This document shows, one piece after another, positions 27,608-27,608 of a DNA stretch of 27,608 bases. Each line of letters starts with the position of its first letter. Position 1 is the stretch's first letter. The notes below the pieces were generated by a model that was not told the DNA's origin, did no database searches, and saw nothing but the letters and a program-made list of their open reading frames with translations. Source of the DNA: Paramicrosporidium saccamoebae KSL3 (taxonomy: Eukaryota; Fungi; Cryptomycota); the NCBI GenBank assembly GCA_002794465.1, contig MTSL01000073.1:15946-43553 (forward strand). Direction: 5' to 3'. The position numbers and the translations under genes were made by a program.

Positions 27608-27608
27608 C

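Overview
Gene-dense eukaryotic window with no prokaryotic features (no rRNA, tRNA or CRISPR array seen). Tiny 28-35 nt GT..TAG introns, short intergenic regions, AATAAA close to stop codons, a Miro/Gem1 GTPase and a SANT-bearing zuotin suggest a compact early-diverging fungal-lineage genome (Rozellomycota/basal microsporidia-like; inference, not verified). Left two thirds, mostly conserved genes: a probable Zip2/SHOC1-like meiotic XPF-domain protein, an unknown nuclear-type protein, PMT1-like O-mannosyltransferase, zuotin/DNAJC2, CDC7, a membrane-anchored I78/potato-I protease inhibitor whose key exon is missing from the ORF track, a secreted M14 carboxypeptidase, Bax inhibitor-1, Miro (8 exons) and cytosolic LeuRS. 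Right third (19.2-27.6 kb) looks accessory: two orphan membrane proteins, a tandem pair of signal-peptide ankyrin-like paralogues and several repeats. The least explained signal is a dispersed ~110-210 bp non-coding element in four copies, each downstream of a stop codon in the same orientation relative to that gene; two copies form an inverted pair. All alignments and counts were made by eye.
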